Positions 1-8,041 are shown, counted from the stretch's first letter. The stretch: DNA of 13,490 nt from an uncultured archaeon (GCA_964463155.1 CAYXAY010000019.1:1-13490), one strand, 5' to 3'. A program made the numbers and translations. Notes: generated from the sequence alone by a model not told the origin.

Positions 1-46
1 ATAAGCTATACTACATAATATATAATATATTAATAAAATAAGTAAT

Positions 47-72
47 TAAATTAAGAATTTAAATTAAGAATT
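47..72. repeat. Perfect 13-bp tandem direct repeat (TAAATTAAGAATT x2) upstream of giant gene 1. The ATTAAGAA core occurs three times (50-57, 63-70, 70-77).
   Basis: Read directly: bases 47-59 and 60-72 are identical. A further ATTAAGAA overlaps the end of the repeat. It lies about 35-60 nt upstream of ATG 110, in a promoter/operator-like position. Confidence 0.8.
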
Positions 73-97
73 AAGAAAGAAATATTTACAAAAAAAT

Positions 98-101
98 GGT
101 G
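98..101 (+). promoter_or_regulatory. Shine-Dalgarno-like GGTG for gene 1
   Basis: GGTG lies 8 nt upstream of ATG 110. The same GGTG motif sits at a 7-nt spacing ahead of gene 2 (4794-4797). GGUG is complementary to the conserved 16S 3' end (..CACCUCC..). Confidence 0.45.
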
Positions 102-109
102 CAAAAAAC

Positions 110-3100
110 ATGGGAAAGAAACTATATTATTCTTTAGAAAACAAATGGTATGATTTTGTAGAAAATACAGGACTATATAAGATCACGGACAAGATAGATA
201 AGTTCATGCCGTCTTTTATATTTTTCATGCTTCTTGTGATTATGATAATTGCAGGAGTGTTCCTATTACTGCCAACAATAACTGGCGAAGGAGAAGTAGG
301 AATAACATTTAAAGTGATAGATGATTCTAGAGACCCAGTTCCACTTGCACCAGTAAGTGTCTCAACAATTGATAACTTCTACACATTAATAGCAAACGAA
401 GACGGAATCACCAGAAAAATAAATATTCCAAAAAACACAGAATACACAGTAGATATTGATTTTGTGGGAAGCAACTATGAAACATTTTCAATAGATTATT
501 TTGCAGAAGATAGTGAGCAAGTAACAATATATCTAACAGAAACCACAAGACAAACAACAACACGCTACACAGTAACATTGATTGATACATCCACAAAACA
601 AAAAATAAACGCGAACGGCAGGGCTGAGTTTACTTGTTCAAATCCAGGTGCAATAGCACCAGCTGCAGTAACAATAACAAACGGTGTGATTGATGTGAAT
701 GCTAATAGCAACTGTCAATTAAGGGCAACATCAATAACTCTTCAAGGCTATGACACAAGACATTCAACAGCTATAGGCCAGAACACAACTTCCATTGATT
801 TACAACGCACAACTATAGATTTAAAAGAAGCACATCCATTACATATCACAGTCAATGGAGAAGGCGGCGCTCCATTAACAGGAGTAACAGCAGCACTTTA
901 CGCTAATGGTGTAGCAATAGCAGGAAAAACTTGTGTAACACTTGCGGGTGTCTGTTCAATAACAGGAGTAGAAACAGGAAATTATGTCCTTAAAGTTACA
1001 GACACAAGGGTTGTCCCAGAATATGGTTCAACAAATGTTCCAATAACAATAACAGGAACAACAAACAGGACAGTTACTTTAACTAGAACAATTGCTGGTG
1101 ACATACGTGTAAAAGTAAGGAAAGCAAACGGTCAAGCAGTAGAAGGAGCAAACACTAAACTAAAATATGGAGACACAGAAATCTATAGTGGATTTTTAAC
1201 AGATGCAAATGGTTTAGTAACATTACCAGTTTATGATTTAACAAAAACATATAGAGTTGTTGTTGTAAAAGAAGGATACATGATTGCTTCACAAAGCAAT
1301 GTTACAGCAAGCGCAACAACACCAATAATAATAACCTTACAGGCAATAACCCCACAAACAGTTGCAACATTAAAGATTAGAGTTCTAAATAGCGAAACAG
1401 CAAAAGGCTTTTCTCATGCCCAAGTTGTTTTGTATGATGCTAAAACAGGATTTTTAACAGATTACGATTCACAAATAACAAACAGCGATGGAAACTGTAC
1501 ATTTAGAGTAAGCGCTGGCAGATATTATGCCAAAGCATTTAGAGGCTCATCAAGCGGCATAAGTGACGAGTTTGATTTTGATGTAAGAAATGCAACAGAC
1601 AGTAGTCCAGTAATTATTCCAATAGAGGTAGTTAAAGGAACTTTAAGAGTTTCTGTAGTAAACAACTATGGAGAGGCAGTTTCAAGAGCAAACATTATTT
1701 TATTTGACAAATATAGTTCTAGACAATCAGTGTGGGGCGGAGACCTCGCAAACATTGATGGAACATATGATATTTCTGAACTGACAGCGGACACCGAAGT
1801 TTATGCAGTAGTTTCAGATATACAGGATAACCTAGGCATGACACAATCAGAGTATGTTTATATTAGACCAGGAATTACAAACGATTTAAAAGTAACTCTT
1901 TATCCAAAGGTTTCTGCTTTACAAAAACCACAAATACAGTTTTTGGGTTTCTTTAATGATTCAGGAAACAAATTAAATGGATATTTAAGAGCTGGCGGAG
2001 ACTACAAGGCAAAATTCTTGTTATTAGTTCCACAAGAAAGAGATAGAGATGATGAGTTCCAAGAAGTTGGAGCGGTCATAAGAACTGGTTCAACAACAAG
2101 CACAGGAATCTCAACAACACCATATATGGAAAATGACAGCATTTACCTAAAATCAATTGATCTTCCAAACTCAGAGATTACAAAATACACTCAATATAGT
2201 TCTGAGGTAGGATATGATGGAATTGAAGATGAAGACACAATAACACAAGGCGATGCAAAATGGGCAAAGGTTGTTTTCAATGAAATCTATGGAAATAATT
2301 TTGCTAACGCTTATACAATAATGGCAGATGTTAAGATTAGAGATTCTGCAAGCTATGGTGAAAGAGTAAATGTCAGTTATTTGGGCTTTGGTTATAACGA
2401 AGACGATGAATATGAGACAGACCCTAATGATAATACAAATAATAATGATGTAGAATACATGACTTATAAAACAGAAAGCTTCAATATCGGAGAAGAACAA
2501 GCATGTTCAAAAGATTTCTGTTTTACTTTAAATATTACAGACCTATATGAAGACATAAGAAAAGACGTTGTTTCAGATTACACCGCAACCCCTCATCAAC
2601 ATTATAAGTTAAGGTTTGGATTAATCAATAACAATAAAAATAGAATACACAATAACTCAAGATTAGAACTTGAAAACAAAGATAAAGGCCTAACCTTTGA
2701 AAGCATAAACATAACTCAACCAAACGGGGTCCCCCAAAACATCACTCCAACAAACAACATCTACGAATATAAGATACCTGTTGAAAGATTTGACCCGCAC
2801 ACAACTCTTTCAGGAGAAATAAATTTCGTTCCTGTGTTAAAGGGAGATAGGCAGTTTGTTATTAGCTTTGTTTCTGATCAACAAGTAATATTTACAAAAC
2901 TTGTTGTAATACAGGTTTTGTCAGATAAAACATTTACTGTTAAAGTAACACCAGATGTCATACCTTCCGGAAAGAACTTCAATCTTCAAGTTGAAGTCAA
3001 AGATTCAAAGACAGGCATAGAGGTTGAAAATCCAGTAACCGTAAGAGTAAAAGATAGATTCAAAAGGGATTTGCTTGCAAACCCAGTACGAGTTGGACCA

Positions 3101-4660
3101 CTTGGAATTGCGTCAGTAAACAACATCCCTGGTCAACAATCCGGAGACAAGATTTATGTTTATGTTGAGGCACCAGAGTATGAGACAAGCATTACAGAAA
3201 AAGAAGTTACAGAAAATATCTTTAAGATTACTCCAACAAGACTAGGGGTGTCATTAAATATTAATACAAAACCACAAGACACAACAAAGTTTACACTTGA
3301 AAACCTAAGTGAAAACGAATTGACAATAGAGTCAATAAAACTAATAGGTAACGACAACCAGATTGATGTGATTGATGTCCAAAGAATAAACAATTCTCTT
3401 GCAGGATATTTCGGAACTGTAATACCTGGCTTTGACTCAAGCGAAACAGCAAACAACTACAATAACAAGCAAGAGATTGAAGCAAGATTCTTTACAAGCC
3501 CTAGAGTTGAAACAATACGCGAAGTTAGAAACATCAGCTCAAAGTTAATAATACAATTAAAGGACAAATACAATAAAGATTATGTTTGGGAAGCACAATT
3601 GCCAACAACAATAGCTGTAGGTTATGAAGGTTTAATGGACAATCCAAACTGTATAACTCTTTCAGATGGTTTCTGGGAGGCAACAGTAGTTGACAATTAT
3701 GTGGATAAGCAATTCACATTAAAGAATAATTGTGGAGTAAAGGAAAGACCAGTTCCATTAAACGGTGGCTTGTCAGCTAAAGTTGAGTTTGAAGGAAATC
3801 CATTAGGTCGGTTTACAGTAAATGTTGGAAACAGAGGCGTGGAATTATCACATGGTTATTTCAAGAACATCTATGACACAATTGACCAAGAGAAATCATA
3901 TAATGTTAATATAAGATATACTCCTGTTGGGAGATACACAGGAGACATCAAAGGTAAGATTATCTTTAGATCAGTTAATGCAACATCTTCTGGCAATCAA
4001 GAACTAATAACCGAATACAAGTTTGTATTGCATGTTGTTAGCCTAAAAGACTGTTATACAGTTTCAAAGAAAGTATTAACTGCTCCAGATACAGGACAAG
4101 CAGATGTCTTTGTCATTGAGAACAAAGGCTGTGGAGCAGAGACGATTTATAGATTGTCATGCGATGAATGTACAGGTCTTGTCATCAGCCCTAAGGAAGA
4201 TATAAAGGTTAGTGCAACAGGAACATCAGAAGAAATAAAAGTAATGTCTATGGGGGCAATGCCAGGGATGTACATACTAAACTTATATTCAAAGATAGGC
4301 GGAGCAAGAGGACATGAAAGAAATGTTGGGAGAGTAAGAGTAGAAGTAAGACCTGTAAGTCAATGTCTTGATCTTGACAGATATGAGTATGACTTGTACC
4401 GATATGCATATTCAGAAGGCAGCGGTCAAGCAACAACAGCAAAAAGCTTTGATATAGGAAACCTAATCAACCGTTGTTATGGCCAAGACGTAAAAATTAA
4501 AGGAACACTATCAGACGGGGTAAAATGGCGTGCAGCAGGCGTGAGCGGCTTAAGAGACGGGGTATTTACAGGCCTAACTTCCGCTTTAATAAAAAAAATA
4601 ATTCCAAACAAAAAGGCAAACACGGCAGAAATAAACCAGACAGCCACGGCGTCTTCATAA
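110..4660 (+). CDS. Giant membrane-anchored cell-surface protein (1,516 aa) with tandem carboxypeptidase-regulatory-like/Ig-like beta-sandwich domains and paired-Cys modules; function unknown ('A1')
   Basis: This is the longest closed ORF, running from ATG 110 to TAA 4658-4660. About 33 polar residues precede a hydrophobic helix, PSFIFFMLLVIMIIAGVFLLLP. Residues ~63-598 read as six repeats of ~85-90 aa. An example is IRVKVRKANGQAVEGANTKLKY..TDANGLVTLPV..YRVVVVKEGY, i.e. the 'V.V.D..G.P..GA.V.L...TD.NG.....L..G.Y.h.h..GY' pattern of CarboxypepD_reg/prealbumin-like folds. The C-terminal half contains Cys pairs (CSKDFC, NPNC..KNNC, KDC..NKGC). The protein is rich in Thr/Asn/Ile and no enzymatic motif was recognised. 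Confidence 0.9.
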   Translation: MGKKLYYSLENKWYDFVENTGLYKITDKIDKFMPSFIFFMLLVIMIIAGVFLLLPTITGEGEVGITFKVIDDSRDPVPLAPVSVSTIDNFYTLIANEDGITRKINIPKNTEYTVDIDFVGSNYETFSIDYFAEDSEQVTIYLTETTRQTTTRYTVTLIDTSTKQKINANGRAEFTCSNPGAIAPAAVTITNGVIDVNANSNCQLRATSITLQGYDTRHSTAIGQNTTSIDLQRTTIDLKEAHPLHITVNGEGGAPLTGVTAALYANGVAIAGKTCVTLAGVCSITGVETGNYVLKVTDTRVVPEYGSTNVPITITGTTNRTVTLTRTIAGDIRVKVRKANGQAVEGANTKLKYGDTEIYSGFLTDANGLVTLPVYDLTKTYRVVVVKEGYMIASQSNVTASATTPIIITLQAITPQTVATLKIRVLNSETAKGFSHAQVVLYDAKTGFLTDYDSQITNSDGNCTFRVSAGRYYAKAFRGSSSGISDEFDFDVRNATDSSPVIIPIEVVKGTLRVSVVNNYGEAVSRANIILFDKYSSRQSVWGGDLANIDGTYDISELTADTEVYAVVSDIQDNLGMTQSEYVYIRPGITNDLKVTLYPKVSALQKPQIQFLGFFNDSGNKLNGYLRAGGDYKAKFLLLVPQERDRDDEFQEVGAVIRTGSTTSTGISTTPYMENDSIYLKSIDLPNSEITKYTQYSSEVGYDGIEDEDTITQGDAKWAKVVFNEIYGNNFANAYTIMADVKIRDSASYGERVNVSYLGFGYNEDDEYETDPNDNTNNNDVEYMTYKTESFNIGEEQACSKDFCFTLNITDLYEDIRKDVVSDYTATPHQHYKLRFGLINNNKNRIHNNSRLELENKDKGLTFESINITQPNGVPQNITPTNNIYEYKIPVERFDPHTTLSGEINFVPVLKGDRQFVISFVSDQQVIFTKLVVIQVLSDKTFTVKVTPDVIPSGKNFNLQVEVKDSKTGIEVENPVTVRVKDRFKRDLLANPVRVGPLGIASVNNIPGQQSGDKIYVYVEAPEYETSITEKEVTENIFKITPTRLGVSLNINTKPQDTTKFTLENLSENELTIESIKLIGNDNQIDVIDVQRINNSLAGYFGTVIPGFDSSETANNYNNKQEIEARFFTSPRVETIREVRNISSKLIIQLKDKYNKDYVWEAQLPTTIAVGYEGLMDNPNCITLSDGFWEATVVDNYVDKQFTLKNNCGVKERPVPLNGGLSAKVEFEGNPLGRFTVNVGNRGVELSHGYFKNIYDTIDQEKSYNVNIRYTPVGRYTGDIKGKIIFRSVNATSSGNQELITEYKFVLHVVSLKDCYTVSKKVLTAPDTGQADVFVIENKGCGAETIYRLSCDECTGLVISPKEDIKVSATGTSEEIKVMSMGAMPGMYILNLYSKIGGARGHERNVGRVRVEVRPVSQCLDLDRYEYDLYRYAYSEGSGQATTAKSFDIGNLINRCYGQDVKIKGTLSDGVKWRAAGVSGLRDGVFTGLTSALIKKIIPNKKANTAEINQTATASS
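209..274 (+). other. N-terminal transmembrane/signal-anchor helix of gene 1 (aa 34-55)
   Basis: An uninterrupted hydrophobic run, PSFIFFMLLVIMIIAGVFLLLP, follows a Lys/Asp-rich leader (..YKITDKIDKFM). No signal-peptidase-like A-x-A site is obvious. Confidence 0.7.
296..1903 (+). other. Array of six tandem ~85-90-aa beta-sandwich (CarboxypepD_reg-like) domains in gene 1
   Basis: Repeated starts are VGITFKVID, RYTVTLID, LHITVNGE, IRVKVRKA, LKIRVLNS and LRVSVVNN. Each is followed by a '(T)D.(N/D)G' turn and a '..Y.h.h' strand. The array ends at Tyr598. Confidence 0.55.
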
Positions 4661-4793
4661 AAACAGTCCTCCGAAGACCAAGCAGAATAGGCTGGTTTAG
4701 TCAATACACGGGTGAGTTTAACTTCAGCCGATGCAAAATACAAAATGTAAATAAGTAACTAATATATTAAAATTTAATAATAAAAAAACATAA

Positions 4794-4797
4794 GGTG
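4794..4797 (+). promoter_or_regulatory. Shine-Dalgarno-like (AA)GGTG for gene 2
   Basis: GGTG lies 7 nt upstream of ATG 4805. I saw no hairpin plus T-run between genes 1 and 2, so co-transcription is plausible. Confidence 0.45.
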
Positions 4798-4804
4798 TAA
4801 AAAA

Positions 4805-4882
4805 ATGAAATCAAATCTAAAATTTGTTTTAGGACTAACAATGGCTTTGTTGCTATTGTTTAGTGTAGGAAATGTTTATGCG
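4805..4882 (+). other. Predicted Sec-type signal peptide of gene 2 (aa 1-26, cleavage after VYA)
   Basis: A basic n-region (MKSNLK) precedes the hydrophobic core FVLGLTMALLLLFSV and a small-residue c-region (GNVYA). Confidence 0.7.
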
Positions 4883-7708
4883 GGGGGTACTTCTAACAAT
4901 AACACCACAGCAACACTCTCCGCCTTACAGTCTGCCTTTAATCTGATTACTGGCGTTTTTGGCAAGCTTGTCGGTGGACCGTTCTGGCTACACGGTATTG
5001 TCGCAGGAGCAACATCTGCATTTAAAACATACAGTGCTCTTGATCAAACAATCAAAATGAATCTAAGAAGTGAAAGAGTAAATGTCTCTGACAACGAGTT
5101 TGTTTCAGAGGACGCAAAAAAAGAACTAAGGATTGATTTTGACAACAACGTAGTATTAACAGACCAAAATGTATTAGATATTGATTTCATAGTTACAAGA
5201 AAAGCAAAAGAGTTTAAAGATACACAAGGACGAGAAAAAAGCCCAAAAATCAGATGGGCAGAAAAAACAGAGACAATAGATGTTATAGATGTTAATAACC
5301 AAAAAACAAAAGGACAAAAAAGAGCAATATTGTTTGAAGACTTAAACCAAACAATAAAGCAAGCATCAGAATATAGAACATTAGTAATTGAATACAAACA
5401 AGCAGAGTTTGGAAGACAGCCAGTAAAGATAACAATTGAAGACATTGACGATTTATATGGCAATGGAATGAGCTGGTTAAGAGTATTTACAACAGGTGTA
5501 GACCAGGCAAAGGAAAAACTTATTGACAGAATGGACAATTTAGAAAACGTATATGCTAAAAGAGAACCAAACCCATCACCAAACAAAGCACAAAAATTCC
5601 GTTTATTATTCAACTCAAGAGTAGATGATAATGAGACAATAAGCTCAGAACTACTTGATTGTACAAACGAAAAAGGAGACCCGATAGGTTCAACAGGAAC
5701 AGAAGTATTACCAAAAGTAGCATACAATTGGGACTTTAAAGAAAATAACACAGTAATCCCAATAGCTGGGGAAACTTCAAAAGTAGTAAACAACACTTGG
5801 TGTGATGTTGCAACAAATGGAATATATTGTGATGCAACACAAACAACAATAGAAGTATTACAAAAAATAAACACAATAAATGAGTTTGTAGAACTACATC
5901 GCGCAAACTTCACTTGCCCAACAGGAGCAGAAACACAAAACCTAGCAAGTGACATTAACAATGTTGGAATTGTTTATCTAAATGTAACTTCAGTTACTGA
6001 AAAAAAAGCAACATTTGAATACAAGATAAGAGGGAATTATCAAACTACAATACTACCTGCACCAAGAACACTATTTGATATTAACTATACTGTTCAAAAG
6101 AAGGCAGAGAATTCATTTAATTGGATAACAATAGCATCAGGGACAAAAATAATCGGTCACGAATACCTAAATAATGGCATCATAGATGAAACAATCCAAT
6201 CAACCTTTTCAACAGCAGCAACCGCAGAGGACACTATAAAAATAAAAGTATTCTTAACAAACTTTAATGCAATAATATCAAACAATGAAATTGGAAACAA
6301 CATAATAGACAATTCTTTAGAAGTTCAAACAAGTATAGAAGGGGGAACAGCAGGATGTACTCTAGAAAAGACAACAGAAAACCTAAAGAAATACCATCCT
6401 GAGTTTGATGAAAAACTATACAACTTCAAAGCATATCTAATGAAAGATGGATACAGTAATGATTTCAAGAAGGACTTTGATGAATATTACAGATTAACAT
6501 TTAACACAGGAATACCGAACTGGTATGATAATGCTGAAACATCATATTCTCCATTATACAAATACTTTATAGATCCGCAAAAATTCAAATTCAAACAAAG
6601 ATTTGCTAACGAAATTGAACAAACTATGCTTCCGGGACCAGGAAGATACAATGTAAAGATACTGATATATTATGATGATAATTGGAAACTATTCAATGAC
6701 AGAGGAGACATAACAGGAAAGATAGAGATCATTCTTGACAAAGAACAAAATCCAGAGCTTGATTCTCCACTATACTATATGCCACTTGACGGAATGGTAG
6801 GAAGCACAGGAGACAAGACAAGAAATGGCTATGGTGTAGATTATTTAGATGATAAGGTTCCAATATTTTTAGATTCTCAACACAATTATACTACAGCAAT
6901 GTTTACTGAAGGCTATCTTTCTTCAAACACAATTTCAACAATAAAGACAAAAGAGATAAAGGACTTTTCTACAATGAACAACGGAAACGAAAGAGGAAAG
7001 CTATTATCAATAACTAGAGCGCAAAACAATATATTAAACTTAAGATATATACCCTCAAGACCAACACCAGTAGCATTAAAAGTAACAAACACAAAAGCAA
7101 ACACACATGCCTATGCTTTCTATAAGTTATCAGTTGGTTTACCAATAGATCAAGGCGGAGAAGTTGCAACACCTGGTTTAAGTCTAGCAAATTGGACAGG
7201 AATTGGAGCAAGCAAACAATGTAGAGACTTTTCTGGAATACCAATACTTGAAAGATTCCTAGCAAGTGATGACCTTGTTTCAACAGAATCAGAACTAGGA
7301 CCAGTAACTCAAAGCCAAAGCCACAGTTATGGTGTTGAATGGAATAAGAATATTATCAGAAGAACAGGAAATGTTTGGTTATATACAATATTCTACACTC
7401 CTGCAAATTTCAAGACAGGCCCAGGAATAAGTTATTTGTATATTGATTCTGCAAACGACAATGCATTATTGTTTACAATAGATAACACTCAAAGAGACGG
7501 AAGTCAAAACGTAGCCTTAAAAAATAGATTTGAAAAAGACATTAAATCAATAACTGATGTCTTTGAATTAGTAAAAAACAAAAATGCATGTATATACAAC
7601 GACAGCAAATCACTAGATGTATTCTACAATCCAAAGAAAATCTCAGAGCCATTGACAGACGCTATTGAACACGGCCTAGACAGAGAAGGTGCTTGTATAA
7701 AGCACTAG
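4805..7708 (+). CDS. Secreted 967-aa protein with 8 Cys, unknown family ('B1'), probable partner of gene 1
   Basis: The ORF runs from ATG 4805 to TAG 7706-7708. The N-terminus MKSNLKFVLGLTMALLLLFSVGNVYA|GG is a classical n-h-c signal peptide with no lipobox Cys. It is followed by a Gly/Ala-rich hydrophobic stretch (aa ~43-73). The mature part has an even number of Cys (8). No catalytic motif such as HExxH was recognised. Confidence 0.9.
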   Translation: MKSNLKFVLGLTMALLLLFSVGNVYAGGTSNNNTTATLSALQSAFNLITGVFGKLVGGPFWLHGIVAGATSAFKTYSALDQTIKMNLRSERVNVSDNEFVSEDAKKELRIDFDNNVVLTDQNVLDIDFIVTRKAKEFKDTQGREKSPKIRWAEKTETIDVIDVNNQKTKGQKRAILFEDLNQTIKQASEYRTLVIEYKQAEFGRQPVKITIEDIDDLYGNGMSWLRVFTTGVDQAKEKLIDRMDNLENVYAKREPNPSPNKAQKFRLLFNSRVDDNETISSELLDCTNEKGDPIGSTGTEVLPKVAYNWDFKENNTVIPIAGETSKVVNNTWCDVATNGIYCDATQTTIEVLQKINTINEFVELHRANFTCPTGAETQNLASDINNVGIVYLNVTSVTEKKATFEYKIRGNYQTTILPAPRTLFDINYTVQKKAENSFNWITIASGTKIIGHEYLNNGIIDETIQSTFSTAATAEDTIKIKVFLTNFNAIISNNEIGNNIIDNSLEVQTSIEGGTAGCTLEKTTENLKKYHPEFDEKLYNFKAYLMKDGYSNDFKKDFDEYYRLTFNTGIPNWYDNAETSYSPLYKYFIDPQKFKFKQRFANEIEQTMLPGPGRYNVKILIYYDDNWKLFNDRGDITGKIEIILDKEQNPELDSPLYYMPLDGMVGSTGDKTRNGYGVDYLDDKVPIFLDSQHNYTTAMFTEGYLSSNTISTIKTKEIKDFSTMNNGNERGKLLSITRAQNNILNLRYIPSRPTPVALKVTNTKANTHAYAFYKLSVGLPIDQGGEVATPGLSLANWTGIGASKQCRDFSGIPILERFLASDDLVSTESELGPVTQSQSHSYGVEWNKNIIRRTGNVWLYTIFYTPANFKTGPGISYLYIDSANDNALLFTIDNTQRDGSQNVALKNRFEKDIKSITDVFELVKNKNACIYNDSKSLDVFYNPKKISEPLTDAIEHGLDREGACIKH

Positions 7709-7721
7709 TTTTTTTATTTTT
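7689..7721 (+). terminator. Hairpin plus oligo-T terminator overlapping the gene 2 stop codon
   Basis: GTGCTT (7689-7694) pairs perfectly with AAGCAC (7700-7705) around the 5-nt loop GTATA. This is followed by TAG, then T7 (7709-7715), A, T5 (7717-7721) and further T-runs. It is compatible with a bacterial intrinsic terminator or an archaeal oligo-T terminator. Confidence 0.6.
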
Positions 7722-7798
7722 GTAATTTTTAAATTTTTACCCCTCTATTTATAAGATTTACAAAAAAATCAAACCTATGATGTTAAATACTTAGTAAT

Positions 7799-8041
7799 AT
7801 GATTTATATGCGGAAAACTATGAAGTTTGACATTGTTCTAGAAAAACAAAAAGAAGGCGGTTATACAGTCTATGTTCCATCTTTGCCTGGTTGCATCTCC
7901 CAAGGCGAGACAGAAAAAGAAGCCATAACAAATATTAGAGAAGCAATAGAAATGTATATTGAAGAAATCAATTCAAATAAACTAAAAACCATGTTAAATT
8001 CTTTTTCTATCAAACAAACACAAGTGACTATTAATGTATAA
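7799..8041 (+). CDS. hicB: HicB-family antitoxin (UPF0150/HicB-like), short form without a recognisable DNA-binding domain
   Basis: MKFDIVLEKQKEGGYTVYVPSLPGCISQGETEKEAITNIREAIEMYIEE matches the HicB N-terminal consensus (..E..e.GGY.a.VP.LPGC.sqG.T.eEA..n.keAIe.yle). The true start may be ATG 7808 or ATG 7820 (MKFD..), both in frame. The TAA stop is at 8039-8041. It overlaps hicA by 8 nt. Confidence 0.85.
   Translation: MIYMRKTMKFDIVLEKQKEGGYTVYVPSLPGCISQGETEKEAITNIREAIEMYIEEINSNKLKTMLNSFSIKQTQVTINV

Noticed and set aside
2390-2461. An acidic, Asn-rich low-complexity tract in gene 1 (GYNEDDEYETDPNDNTNNNDVEYM), partly absent from the gene 5 paralogue.
   Set aside because: It looks like a loop insertion or low-complexity expansion within a domain linker. 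It has no repeat structure or recognisable Ca-binding motif and does not justify a separate feature.
408-4442. Short minus-strand ORFs inside gene 1 (408-596, 2171-2500, 3160-3456, 3291-3485, 4248-4442).
   Set aside because: All are antisense shadows within the 1,516-aa CDS. Their predicted products are low-complexity and Leu/Phe/Ser-rich, and they have no start context.
4477-4743. An 88-aa minus-strand ORF with a TM-like stretch (AVAVWFISAVFAFLFGIIFFI), spanning the 3' end of gene 1 and the intergenic region.
   Set aside because: It starts at TTG with no SD and overlaps the gene 1 C-terminus by about 180 nt. The hydrophobic stretch is the complement of the Lys/Asn-rich A-tract. It is probably spurious, although the local GC-rich patch is reported as a separate finding.
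4525-4758. A 77-aa + strand ORF in the -1 frame, overlapping the end of gene 1. An A8 run at 4591-4598 forms an A_AAA_AAA slippery-like heptamer that could shift gene 1 into this frame.
   Set aside because: The alternative product is a very basic, low-complexity tail (..KKNNSKQKGKHGRNK..) with no TM or recognisable motif. No convincing downstream stimulatory hairpin or pseudoknot was seen, and A-runs are common in this AT-rich DNA. It is worth checking only for a homopolymer sequencing error.
4658-4807. Genes 1 and 2 are in the same reading frame (both starts are 2 mod 3), which suggests stop-codon readthrough or a recently split single gene.
   Set aside because: The shared frame contains at least seven stops between them (TAA 4658, TAG 4688, TAA 4748, 4760, 4775, 4778, 4781). 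Gene 2 has its own GGTG SD and a complete signal peptide. Simple readthrough or a one-mutation pseudogene split is therefore not supported. An ancient fission or fusion remains possible and is covered in the findings.
5044-5961. A 305-aa minus-strand ORF lying entirely inside gene 2.
   Set aside because: It is antisense to a well-supported CDS and starts at TTG. Its product is Phe/Ser/Leu/Val-rich, the mirror image of A-rich sense codons. The A-rich, T-poor coding strand depletes stop codons on the opposite strand, so long shadow ORFs are expected.
6913-7283. Minus-strand ORFs 6913-7104 and 7014-7283 inside gene 2.
   Set aside because: The same antisense-shadow argument applies. They also overlap each other in different frames.
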